64,000 bases of DNA from Candidatus Heimdallarchaeota archaeon (GTDB lineage Archaea; Asgardarchaeota; Heimdallarchaeia; Heimdallarchaeales; Heimdallarchaeaceae): contig JAHLWR010000016.1 of the NCBI GenBank assembly GCA_019057815.1, forward strand, positions 1 to 64,000, written 5' to 3'. The position numbers and the translations under genes are program-made. Shown piece after piece: positions 11,121 to 22,208 of this stretch. The notes under the pieces were generated by a model. It did not search any database and had not been told where the DNA came from. It saw only the letters and a list, made by a program, of their open reading frames with translations. Each line of letters begins with the position of its first letter. Position 1 is the stretch's first letter.

Positions 11121-12104
11121 ATGAATGAAGAACATTTTTGGAAAACAATTCTCACAACACTTGAAAAAGACGTACATGCTGTTATTGTTGTTATGACCCG
11201 TCAAACAGGTTCTGCACCTAATTCACCAGGTGCAAAAATGTTTGTTACTCTCGACACTGTTATGGGAACAGTAGGTGGAGGAATTTCTGAGCAAAACTTG
11301 CTTGCTCGTGCTCGAACCTTACTTACAGAAGAGAAACAGTCTGTAGAAACAGTACATATGGAACATCGTGATAATGCAAAAAAAAACCGTTCAGGAATGA
11401 TATGTTCTGGTTCGCAGACATTTGCACTTATTCCTCTTGGAAAAAAGGATATTCCATCTAGCCAAAGGATAACAGAGGCTTATGCTAAAACACAACCTAG
11501 TGTTCTAACTATCAATGAAAAAGGCATCTTCTTCGATTTGGGAAAAACATTAGCAGATAATAATATCTTCTCTGAAAAAGGGACTTCATGGACTTATAAG
11601 GAAAACATCGGCTTACAGGAAAGACTTTTCATAATAGGTGGAGGTCATGTATCTCTTGCATTATCACGAATCGTGGATACACTCGGTTTTCATACAACAG
11701 TTATAGATAATAGAAAAGAACTACCAACAATGATTAATAATACCTATGCACATGAAAAAAAGGTTCTAACCTATGATAATATCTCCTCAATCATTCCAGA
11801 AGGAGACAATGTCTATGTCGTATTAATGACTTTTGCTCATGCATCGGATGAATTTGTGCTTGAAAGAATTATTACTAAAAAATGTAGATATCTTGGTATG
11901 ATGGCAAGTACAACCAAAAAACAGACTATCTTTACAAATCTTGAAAAAAAAGGTATCTCAAAAGAGATTCTAGAGAGTATATATTCACCAATCGGTGTGA
12001 GTATTAACAGTAATACTCCTGAAGAAATAGCCATAAGCATCGCAGCTGAAATAATACTTGTCAAAAATAATACCATATTAGCTAAAGATAACGTCGTGTT
12101 ATAG
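11121..12104 (+). CDS. xdhC: XdhC/CoxI molybdenum cofactor chaperone
   Basis: GSAPNSPGAKM, GTVGGG, GGGHVS, SPIGVSINSNTPEEIAISIAAEI. Confidence 0.92.
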   Translation: MNEEHFWKTILTTLEKDVHAVIVVMTRQTGSAPNSPGAKMFVTLDTVMGTVGGGISEQNLLARARTLLTEEKQSVETVHMEHRDNAKKNRSGMICSGSQTFALIPLGKKDIPSSQRITEAYAKTQPSVLTINEKGIFFDLGKTLADNNIFSEKGTSWTYKENIGLQERLFIIGGGHVSLALSRIVDTLGFHTTVIDNRKELPTMINNTYAHEKKVLTYDNISSIIPEGDNVYVVLMTFAHASDEFVLERIITKKCRYLGMMASTTKKQTIFTNLEKKGISKEILESIYSPIGVSINSNTPEEIAISIAAEIILVKNNTILAKDNVVL

Positions 12105-12146
12105 CCTAATAATGACATCTTTCAATTGAAGCTTTATCATACAGTG

Positions 12147-12365
12147 TTAATCTGCTTCCGCATATTTGAAGCTTAATTTAATCCTTACTCTGTAAGCTTT
12201 GATCATACCATCTTCTATTATTACATCTTGCTTTACGACTTCAGCTATCCTTAAATCTCTTAAAGACCGAGAAGCTTGTGTAACTGCAGCTTTCATAGCT
12301 TCTTCCCAGCTGTTAGGTGATGAACCAACTAATTCAATTACCTTGTAAACCTTTTCTTCACTCAT
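12147..12365 (-). CDS. dodecin (flavin-binding)
   Basis: VYKVIELVGSSPNSWEEA...YRVRIKLSFK. Confidence 0.92.
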   Translation of the reverse strand: MSEEKVYKVIELVGSSPNSWEEAMKAAVTQASRSLRDLRIAEVVKQDVIIEDGMIKAYRVRIKLSFKYAEAD

Positions 12366-12575
12366 TTTTTTACCTCCATTACGATTATTATAGCGAATTT
12401 TTCCCTATTATTTCATTTTCTTGTTTCTTTATTTAAACATTCTCAAAAATATTTCTCATCGATGTGTTTTAGGAATCTTGGTTATTAAGAAACAATAGTT
12501 TAAGTTTGATATCTAGCAGAGATAGCAGAAACGGTCTTAGTGAAGAGTGAGGAGTAAAATGCACTATTCTTTGTT

Positions 12576-13934
12576 CTATGTTAGAAATTCTTTAGCAAGA
12601 TTGTAATAAACCCTTAAAGAAAGTTCTATGGTTTTAATACTGATCCTTTCATTGATTCCATGTATAAGTTCTATATATTCGTTCATTGGAACATCAGGAT
12701 CACATAAAGAATAACCATAAGTGTCAACATTCTGTTCTCTTAGAAATCTTCCATCTGTTGCCCCCATAGCTACTAAAGGAACCAGCTTTGCGTTGGGTAT
12801 TTCTTTTTGTATAGCTTTTTCCATCATAATAACAAAATCCGAATTAGCTGGACTTGCAGATCCTATGGACTTAAATCCTCCTTCTTCAACTTCAACAATT
12901 TCAACTTCTTCTGCTAAATTCCCTAAGGCTTTCTTGATATGAGATATAACATATTTTTCATCTTGTCCAGGTAGTGTTCTAATATCTAAAACAAGCTGAG
13001 CATCTGTAGCTATGATGTTTGTTTTAGTTCCACCTTTTACAATATTAGGAGAAATAGTCATTCGAGAAAGAGCATGAAGTAATTTAGCCATTTCGGGTTT
13101 CCGTTTTTTCAAAATCTTAAGAGTAAACGGTAGAAGCTTTTTTTTCGTTATCATGAAACGTGTAAGAAAATTCATGTCCATCCCTTTTACTAGATCAGAC
13201 AAATATTGAGTATTCACGGGTATTTTCTTATCACAATAATCAGAAAGAAGAGTAGCGGCTTTAGAAGCTTTCAGAATAGCATTGTTGCTGGCATAAGGCA
13301 TGCTGCCATGACCGGGGGTTCCCTTGAATTTTAGTCTCTTCAAAAAGATACCTTTCTCCCCATTTATGAATATCAGTTTGCCAGGAGCAATAGTAATACC
13401 TCCTGACTCTGTAACTGCATACATTTTTTTATTTTTGAATCCTAACTCTTCAAAATGATTATCTATCATCCATTTTGCACCATACATACCTCCGCATTCT
13501 TCGTCTGCAACGATAAATAAAACAAGATCTCCTTTAGGTTCGAAATTTTCTTTATGGAGTTTTGCAAACGCTTGAACTTGTGTGGCTACTATGAAGAGCA
13601 TATCTAATGTGCCACGCCCCCAAATGTAACCATCTTTGATTACTCCTGCAAATGGGTCAACATCCCAGTCTTCCAGTTTAGTAACTGGTACCACATCAAC
13701 GTGACTTGGACCAAAAATAAGTCCTGGGTGATTTTTTTCCAGACCTTCTATTTTAGCAACTAAGTTTCCTCTATTTGGAGCTGATTCAAAAGTTTTGCAA
13801 TTAACCCCTTTTTTCTTCAGAAACTTCTCAATGCTTTTTATTGATTTCATTTCATCTCCAGGGGGATTAACACATTTGTTCTGAATTAATTCTGTTAAAA
13901 GACTGAATGTTTCATCTAGAACGCTATCACTCAT
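12576..13934 (-). CDS. M20/M25/M40 metallo-hydrolase (ArgE/DapE-like)
   Basis: SHVDVVP, WGRGTLDM, ADEECGG, GATDGR, IHGINER. Confidence 0.9.
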   Translation of the reverse strand: MSDSVLDETFSLLTELIQNKCVNPPGDEMKSIKSIEKFLKKKGVNCKTFESAPNRGNLVAKIEGLEKNHPGLIFGPSHVDVVPVTKLEDWDVDPFAGVIKDGYIWGRGTLDMLFIVATQVQAFAKLHKENFEPKGDLVLFIVADEECGGMYGAKWMIDNHFEELGFKNKKMYAVTESGGITIAPGKLIFINGEKGIFLKRLKFKGTPGHGSMPYASNNAILKASKAATLLSDYCDKKIPVNTQYLSDLVKGMDMNFLTRFMITKKKLLPFTLKILKKRKPEMAKLLHALSRMTISPNIVKGGTKTNIIATDAQLVLDIRTLPGQDEKYVISHIKKALGNLAEEVEIVEVEEGGFKSIGSASPANSDFVIMMEKAIQKEIPNAKLVPLVAMGATDGRFLREQNVDTYGYSLCDPDVPMNEYIELIHGINERISIKTIELSLRVYYNLAKEFLT

Positions 13935-14226
13935 TTTCTAACTACCAGATGAAATACAATATAAGTAATATAATAGGTTTATTGGAGTTTAAAACGATTT
14001 TTTTAAGATGTAATGAAAAATAGTCTTATTCTAACACTATCAAAAAAACTTATTTTTATAAACTAGAAAAAATCAAGAAAACTGGGATGATAGCACTAAA
14101 TTACGAAAAAATGAAAGAATTGGTTTCAGAAGTGTTTTGACATATCTTGGACTACTGTAAAATAATGAAAAAAATATTTTCCTCCTATAATCTGCAAAAA
14201 GTTCAGCAAATTTTTTTTCTTTCTTT

Positions 14227-14610
14227 TCATTCTTTTGATATTGGTAATTTCTTTATTCTAATTCTATGTTTTTCAATGATAATTATAGAACCTTCATCTA
14301 GTTCATCTTTAATTTTTGGTAGTGCAAGTTTTAATTTTTCATTAACATTTTTTACTTGAAAATCCTCGATTCGTAAAACTATTGTGGAAGGACTCGAAGA
14401 TTTGCTATAAGCTAAAATCTCTCCGAAATCTAGATCTGCAGTTATAATAGTATAATTATTTTTTATTGCAAATTCATATATTTCAATATCTTCAATTGGT
14501 TTACCTTTTATTTTTTCAATAACTTCGTTAACTCTAACAACATCATAACCATTATTCTTTAGAAATTCAACTGATTTTGGAGATAAAGCCATGTCCATAA
14601 GAAATTTCAT
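14227..14610 (-). CDS. DUF5615 PIN-like toxin
   Basis: MKFLMDM.LS, ITADLDFG, RIRIKKLP; ATGA overlap with DUF433 gene. Confidence 0.85.
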   Translation of the reverse strand: MKFLMDMALSPKSVEFLKNNGYDVVRVNEVIEKIKGKPIEDIEIYEFAIKNNYTIITADLDFGEILAYSKSSSPSTIVLRIEDFQVKNVNEKLKLALPKIKDELDEGSIIIIEKHRIRIKKLPISKE

Positions 14611-14834
14611 CCTATCACCGGAATTGAAGTCTCAGAAACGCTCCAAGCTGCAAATTCAAGGCACGAAGTTATATCTTCTTCAGTTAGTTCAGGATATTCA
14701 TTAAGGATTTGTTCATAAGGAATTTTTTTTGAAAGAAGTTTGAGAATTATAGATACAGGTATTCTAGTGTCTCTTACACATGGTTTTCCGCCCATAACTT
14801 TAGGATTGATTGTTATTCTATTATTAAACATCAT
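14607..14834 (-). CDS. DUF433 antitoxin
   Basis: RITINPKVMGGKPCVRDTRIPV...YPELTEEDI; ATG at 14834 preferred. Confidence 0.9.
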   Translation of the reverse strand: MMFNNRITINPKVMGGKPCVRDTRIPVSIILKLLSKKIPYEQILNEYPELTEEDITSCLEFAAWSVSETSIPVIG

Positions 14835-14989
14835 GAAAATAATTGATTTCAAGTATAAAAACTTAATATTATTAAACAATAAAAAAAAGAATTACTCTGT
14901 TAGTCTTCCTATTTTTCAGTTTGTTTTTGATTATTCTGTTAAAAAAACTTCATCTGTAATCATATCCTGAAATGTGGATAATTCTTAAT

Positions 14990-15970
14990 CTACCAAATGT
15001 CCATCCTTTTCGCTTTCGTTAACACATATAAAGCATCGATAGTCACCCATTCATTCATCTTAATTTTGCTTGTTCCACCCCAGTTAGCGGGAGAGTAATG
15101 ACTCTTCTTAGTATTCGCTGATTGATAATATTTTGCTTCTGCTGGAAAACCTCCATCTGATAGTTGTTTTGATTCTAAGATATCAATAGCTTCATTACAC
15201 CTTGAATCAAAGATTTTATCCGCTTCAACCAATATTTTTAATGCCATCAAGGTATCATAATGCCAAAAAGGAGGATAATGGAGTTTAATCCACTTATTGT
15301 TAATAATTTCATTGTTTTTTAGACTTCTGAAAAGTTTTCTTTTAAGAAATAATTCAGCAGCTCTATTCACTGCAATTCTAGAAGCTTTATCATTGTTTAT
15401 TCTTGTATAAACATTTAATGCTCTCATAGGAATAAGCCTTTCGTGATAGGAAGAATTGATAGCTTCTGGGTGTTTATCGCAATTCCAACCACCATCGCCC
15501 CACTGATATTTAACTAATCTATCTGCTAGTTTAGAACATCTTCCATCATCTAAACCTAAAGATAAGATTGAATATAAAGCATTACCTTCTATTGAAGCGC
15601 AAAAACGCTTCCTACCAGCTATTGTTTTCCTTTTAGACCAATGTTCATCGCTTAATAACCAATTCAGTTCAAGATTCCTACTAGGAATTAGATCATCATC
15701 GCTCAGAGGATATCCAATATCCGCCAAAGAAGCTAAAATCCAATGAATTCCATGCTACTTATTATAAGCTTGAAATTCGTAACTCTTCTCGTCTTTAGGG
15801 AGAAAAGAAAATAAGGAGGATAATAATGGTGAAACTTTCTTTATGTTTTTTGTAATTTTTCTAACAGTAGAAGAATTATTATCATAATCTAATAACCGCA
15901 AATATGTTTTTAGTTTAACAGCTGGTTCATGTGATTCTAAAAGTCTCTCAATAACGTTTTTTATCTTCAT
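14990..15970 (-). pseudogene. prenyltransferase/squalene-cyclase-repeat-like protein interrupted by one in-frame TAG
   Basis: ORFs 15755..15970 and 14990..15727 are in the same frame: AYNK-TAG-HGIHWILASLADIGYP; QWGDGGWNC and QLSDGGFP QW-like motifs. Confidence 0.75.
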
Positions 15971-16036
15971 GTTTATTCCTTCTTTCTCAAAGTGACTTTT
16001 ATTGATTAATTACCAAGCATTACAGACTTATTCTAA

Positions 16037-17278
16037 CTACACTTCTGGTGTTTCTGAAACCATTTTATCTATGTAATCTGTCCAATCTTTTCCTGTAATC
16101 TTGTTTAGACTTTCAATATAGTCTAATGTTTCGATTTTATCTTTTATCTTACTTTTTTTTGCTAAATCCTTAATTACATCCTTCATTTTTTCTAATCCAA
16201 TTTCTTTGCTAACGTTATTATGTATAAGAGTTCCCCAATAATAGTATAAAGTATAAGCTTGTTTATGATCTCTTTTGGTCTCTTTTATAGAAGGAAGATC
16301 CTTTTCTTTTTTTATTAATTCAGTTCTTTTCTTGATTAGTTGATTAAAAAACTCTTCTCCATACTCTTCTTTTGCTACAATAAAAGCACAATAATCAGCA
16401 AGAGACTCATCTATCCAATTATGCCACTCATCAGGATTTGTTTTGTTGAACCATATATGAGATAATTCGTGAGTCCAAGCTGTAACAACATTTCTCCACA
16501 ACTCCGTGAAGTAGTTATCTGGTAAATCCTCTGGATAGATCATCATGTTTCCTCGCACATAAGAGCCTCCTTTACTTCTGGGGACTAGTATTATTTTAAA
16601 ATCACCTTGGTTCGTTGGATCCAACCATTCTTTTAATCGTCTTTCCATTTTCTTAAAGTTTTTTTCTAAAGATATAAATTTGTGATAATTTGTTACTGAA
16701 CCCCATATTCTCATTTCTTTTTCTTCAGGAATTGCGTTTTCTTTAGGAAAACCAAACAAGGCAATTGAATTCTGTTTTGTAGAGCTTCTCCACTTAAAAC
16801 ACTCTCTACATGATAATAAATTTCCGTTTGACATCCAAACCCAGTTTTCAGGACTATGTAATGTTAAATCAAAAGAAAAGATCTCACCCCAAATAAGAGG
16901 ATACCATGCTGCATAATCTGCTAATTCGACAACATTTTCTCTAATATAATTAATATCAAAAGAAGTTTGCATAATCTTTCCGGAGTATTCAAAGTATAAA
17001 GTTATATTCTCTTCATTTTTTACAGCATTAGGTAGGATTATTTTCCAATTTTTAGCAACTTTAAGAAAACTATCATCATCAAGCTTTTCCTCAAATGCAT
17101 CAACTGAAAATTCTTTTTCATTACTTATAATAGCTAATTTATGCCAAGTGAGATCAGGATTTAAGAGAATGCCAGAAACTTCAGTTTGAATATTTCTAAA
17201 AGTAATCTTCCCACATGCACTTATACTTGAGACAGAAGGATTGATTATTATCTCTAGGGAAATATGGTTGATACTCAT
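16037..17278 (-). CDS. M1/gluzincin-like metallopeptidase
   Basis: HELSHIWF followed by WIDESLADY. Confidence 0.8.
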   Translation of the reverse strand: MSINHISLEIIINPSVSSISACGKITFRNIQTEVSGILLNPDLTWHKLAIISNEKEFSVDAFEEKLDDDSFLKVAKNWKIILPNAVKNEENITLYFEYSGKIMQTSFDINYIRENVVELADYAAWYPLIWGEIFSFDLTLHSPENWVWMSNGNLLSCRECFKWRSSTKQNSIALFGFPKENAIPEEKEMRIWGSVTNYHKFISLEKNFKKMERRLKEWLDPTNQGDFKIILVPRSKGGSYVRGNMMIYPEDLPDNYFTELWRNVVTAWTHELSHIWFNKTNPDEWHNWIDESLADYCAFIVAKEEYGEEFFNQLIKKRTELIKKEKDLPSIKETKRDHKQAYTLYYYWGTLIHNNVSKEIGLEKMKDVIKDLAKKSKIKDKIETLDYIESLNKITGKDWTDYIDKMVSETPEV

Positions 17279-17448
17279 ATTTTATAAGAATAGAAGCTGT
17301 TAAAAAATTTTTAGATATTTGGTTTCTATTAGTTGATTTATCTCTAGATGAATATCCTGGAGAAAATCTACTATAATAAACTAACTCAAAGACATAAATT
17401 TCCCTAATCAATTAACTTATATACATTTTTGACTAGAATTACTATTTA

Positions 17449-20400
17449 ATGAGGGTTCATAACTTATTTTTTAGAAATAGTAGTACTCTGTGTACTCATA
17501 ATATTATCCTTCATCGCATCTGGAGCAACTTTCGCGTTACAAAGCGATTCAACTGAAATTGAATCATCTTCACTAGTATTAGAATCTCAAAATACAAGTG
17601 CAATCGATTATTTTTACAGAGAATATGCTTACATTGACTTTGGATCTGAAGGATGGATTCATTCCGAAGTAGGAATTGAAGGAGTTGGGATACATCTGGG
17701 GAATCTAGATTTTTGGTCATTACCTACAGTTTTCATTGAAAATCTGGATCATTTTCACATGGATACATGGGATAATCGCGATCCCTTTTCTGATAATACT
17801 AACCTAAATGTACGGTTCCACTCGTTGTCATTGTCTGAAGCTGAATTCTATGCAGAAATGCTTGTATCTATTATTGAACAATTCTTAATTGTAGACTTCT
17901 CTTATGGAGGATACAATAGTTTTGACGACTGGTACGGTGACGAATGGCTCGAAGTTGTAGAAATATACTACAATGGCCATGCAGATTGGACTTCTTGTAT
18001 CAATACTTATGAAAATGCACTTCCTGTAGAGAAAGGTGGGATTGCAGCAGCAGTAGATATGTCAGAAGCTAGTTCTTTGCGTTTTAACGCGTGGTACGAC
18101 GGTGGTCTTAATGATTTCGTTGGATCTATTTCCTTGAGCTTCAATCCTGTTTGGGATACCTTATTTGGATCACATGCTTTTTCACTGAAAGAGATGCTTC
18201 ATCTTACTCAATTTCAAGTTTCTTCTGAAGCTACTGATTGGTTCCTCTTGATTATCGAACTTCCTGATGTTACTAATTTAGTTGTAACTCCATGGTTGAA
18301 TGAGGATTACATAAATATGGGTCAAGATTATCACCCTAATATTGAAGAACCATGGTATTTAGACCATACTTACAATGTTTGGGTAGATATAGCACAAGGA
18401 TACAATATAGCTGATTTCAACTTGAACTTCGATTTTGACGTCCTTTATTGGGAAACAATTCCCACTGAAAGAGCTGATTATCAAGTCGATGCACGTGGAT
18501 ATAGTTACAAACGAATTGAATTCCGAGGACCTAATGCTCATCTTGATGTCACGCCTTTTAACGAACTTTTACTCTCTGATGTATGGGAAATGTGCTTAAA
18601 TTATAATCCCAATGCCTTTGATATTGCAGTGCATCCACCACTATACTTAGATATTAATTATGTAGATACCAATGATCATCAGACAAGTGCTGATGGTATA
18701 GCAGACTATTTTGAGACACTTCTAGGTAGTAGCTTTACGTATAACGATTCCTTGATTGAATGGAGGTGGGATGATAAACTTCAAACTCAATTTGAGACTA
18801 TTCGATACTATTATGGAATAGAAATATACAATTTAGTAGACTTTAACGCTCTTCTTCAATCTAGTTTAGCATATCAATATTCCTCTATGATAAACAGTAG
18901 TACTATGCTAAGTTCTTACACAGACTTTCGTTGGAATATTCGTTATGATTCATACTATAATATATTTGGTTACCGTGTCGAACTAGTTGAATATTCACTT
19001 GATGAATATATTCAAGATCCAATTAAGACTTATACTGAAACTGCATTACCAATTGATCATTCCTTTGATATACTTACATTATTTGGTTGGACAACTTTAC
19101 CCTATAGTGCCTTATCATATAGACATGAAATTAGCCTGAATCTGCCAGTTTCAGATGATAGCGATATTACTATCGTACCTGGAGATCCTAATGGTTGGGG
19201 TTATCATTATTACTATTGGATAGATAACTGGAATCTACAAAGAAATGTAAGGCTAGATATCAATTATTATGTTCAAGAACCATGGACTACAGACGAGTTT
19301 GGTGTTAAAATAGATCCTATAACAAATTGGGTTGGAACTTTCAACAATGATTTTAAATCAGATACAATCGACTTAGATCAACCAGGAATAGGTGGATTAA
19401 GTTTCTACAACGTTGATTACTGGGACTATGATTTAGAATCTGGATTTTCAGGACTGACAATATTAAGTGTTGACGTTTGGGATACTCATATGGACTATTG
19501 GGATGTTAGTGAAAGCAATTGGATTCCTCGATTCCCAAGTTCTGGTATTTTAGAAGTAACGGGTGATTTGTTTTATGGAGATCTCGCTTTCGATATAGAA
19601 GGGTTCTATATTCCTGTAATTTTCGAATATAATTCCACTTATAATAGATACATTTCAACTATAGATTTCAGCGCTCCTGAATTTGCTGATGGTGATTGGT
19701 TATTAACTGTTGAAGCAGAAGATAATTCAAACAACATTGGATGGAACTACTACGATATATATGTAGATAATTTCGACGATATTCTTTATGACGAACCAGC
19801 TCTAGTTGAATGGGTACCTCCAACACCTGATGAATTTGCTGCAGTTGCTGGTGAAATAACCATATCTGTAAATGTTACTGATGATGTAGGAGTTTACAGT
19901 GTTATTCTTTGGACAAACTTCGGAGGATATCCTCTTGAAGATCCTGATTTGGATGGAATATACTCTATGGTGTATGATACTACATACGATTTTGATGGAT
20001 CACTTGTGCTCATTGCAGAAGTATGGGATTTCGAAGGACATTATTCTGCTATAACTAGAGATTTAGAGATAGATAACTATCCTTCAGGCGATCCACCAAC
20101 ATTATCAATAATTTCACCTACAGAAGGTGAGACTATTAACGAAACCTATCTTGTTCAAGCACTAGTAACTGATGATATAGGAATAAAAGCTGTATCTCTA
20201 ACAGTGGACGATAGAGCTCCTGTTATTATGACTTACAATGAAATTTCTGGTTATTTTGAAACATTGTACATTACAACGCAATTATCTGATGGTTACCACT
20301 CATTTACCATTACTGTAATTGACGAAGATGAAAACACACACTTTGTTTCACAAACTGTTAACGTTTATGTTAACAACGGTGGAAGTCCTATGGAAGGTAA

Positions 20401-20869
20401 TCCACCTGAATACAACTTAGTGAATGTTCCAATCAATCAAACACAGGAAGAATTACAAACGCAAATTAATCAAGTAACTGATGAATCAAAAGCTATCAGT
20501 GGTACTTTTAACTGGCAAGTTGAAGTAAGAGATGACATAGGAATTTCACAAGTAGGTATTGCAATCGATGATCAAATCTATGTTATGTCAGGTAGTGATT
20601 CAGGACCCAACATGTGGTCAATGTGGGTTTTTGAATGGGATAGCACTAGAGTTAATGATGGAGCACATATTGCTATAATTTCCATAACTGATATAGATAG
20701 CAATCAACATGAGATTCAGATAATTATAGGTTTTACCACTAGCAATGGAAATACTAAAGATGATGCTACTATAGGTATTGATGGTTTTGAAGCATTATGG
20801 GTTATATTCGCTATCTTACCAATAACTGTAAGTCTTAGATTCGTTAGGAAACAGAGAAACAAACTCTAA
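17449..20869 (+). CDS. large acidic cell-surface protein with C-terminal Ig-like repeats and GF-TM-basic sorting tail; 5' end frameshifted
   Basis: Frame of the 17759 ORF is open back to 17453 and encodes a signal-peptide h-region; ATG at 17449 is one base out of frame; repeated VTDDxGI/V Ig-like units; ends DGFEALWVIFAILPITVSLRFVRKQRNKL. Confidence 0.75.
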
Positions 20870-20871
20870 AG

Positions 20872-20892
20872 TTTTTTTTTTACTTTTTTTTT
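20872..20892 (+). terminator. poly-T archaeal-type terminator
   Basis: two long T runs immediately after the stop at 20869. Confidence 0.55.
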
Positions 20893-21396
20893 GAAGACAT
20901 TCTCTAAATTTCGTAAGATTCAAAAATAAAGACAATTGAAAGAAAAAGGAACAGAGCTATAAACGTTGGAAAAACCATAAAATTCTTAATTTCACTCTCT
21001 TTACTTTGTTTGTTTTTTATTTCTTTGTTTTTTCTCAGAATTTATGCGTACCAAATTGAAACTATTATGCTATATAGATCTAAGGATAACTTAACATGCA
21101 CATATGAAAGTGATTTATCAGTCTCTTAAAAGAAAGAAATAACACTTTGAGATCTACTTTCTTTCCTTTTTTATAAAGAATGTAGAAAAAAAATTCTATC
21201 TCATTTCATTCAATTTATATTTTATAAGTTTTTTTTGTACTTATGTTATGCCCACATTGTCGTAATAAGCAAAAGAAAAAAGTTTCTATGAAAGCTGTTA
21301 AACGAAAGGGGGGTTTTCATAAAAAAACCAAATTTCAATGCTTAAAATGTGGGTTAATTAGAATGAAAGACAACAAGTGAGTTTCATTGAAGAATT

Positions 21397-22206
21397 TTAG
21401 GGTTTACATGTTTTTAAGTTCACTTTATCATCTAAAAATATCGGAGTGCGCATTGTAAAGCCTTCAAAAGGGTATGAGAAAGACAGTATTTTGTGTGCTT
21501 TCATAGGTGGAATTTTTAGTAAACATCCTTCTGGAACGGTTAGTTGTTCTTCTTCAACAAGAAGCACTTGTTCTCCTTTTATGCTTAAATACCATTCACT
21601 ACTCTTAGAATGATAATGAAGAGAATTATCATGTTCATTTTTGTTCATCTCATTTTCATTTGCATAGCTCATATATGCAAGACATAATTCTTTAGTTTCA
21701 TATTTCGCTGTTCCTAGCCCCAACAGCCAACAATTTTGATTTTCTTGATCATTCAAATCAGCTAAATAACCTTTAGAGGAGTTAATTGAATTTTGACTAT
21801 AATTCTGAAGAGACTTTTCATTGATTGTACACTCATTCTTTCTTACATTGATTTTCTTATCCTCTTTATGTGGAACTTTTATCCCTATGTGTTGAATCTT
21901 TCCTTTTCCACCAATCACTGAATGAGGAACATTTGGTTGAACCAGCAGAAGTCCTTTTTCCTTAACCCTAAGAATCGTATCCTTTCCTACTGAAATCCAC
22001 ATTTCTCCATTTAGAACTATGTAAAGTTCTTGTGCATGTGTGTGATAGTGCACAGCTGGATCACTCCAAGGTTCTACAAAACTTGTTTTCCCTAGTTGTA
22101 GATAAGAATCATAGTAATTTTTTTCTTTAAAACAACCAATAATCCATCCTTTTTTATCCTTTAAATCATAGATGAAGGAATTATCAGACATTCTTTTCAA
22201 AACCAT
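21397..22206 (-). CDS. tandem cupin-domain protein
   Basis: two HYH...E...G...PxxxH cupin motifs. Confidence 0.8.
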   Translation of the reverse strand: MVLKRMSDNSFIYDLKDKKGWIIGCFKEKNYYDSYLQLGKTSFVEPWSDPAVHYHTHAQELYIVLNGEMWISVGKDTILRVKEKGLLLVQPNVPHSVIGGKGKIQHIGIKVPHKEDKKINVRKNECTINEKSLQNYSQNSINSSKGYLADLNDQENQNCWLLGLGTAKYETKELCLAYMSYANENEMNKNEHDNSLHYHSKSSEWYLSIKGEQVLLVEEEQLTVPEGCLLKIPPMKAHKILSFSYPFEGFTMRTPIFLDDKVNLKTCKP

Positions 22207-22208
22207 AA

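Noticed and set aside
15755-15757. Genome-wide TAG recoding
   Set aside because: Many full-length genes here end in TAG (e.g. 12104, 40470, 41624, 42361, 54053)
21287-21321. SECIS-like reading of the ATGA...AAA stem-loop
   Set aside because: No 3' GA to form the kink-turn core, and no in-frame UGA selenoprotein nearby
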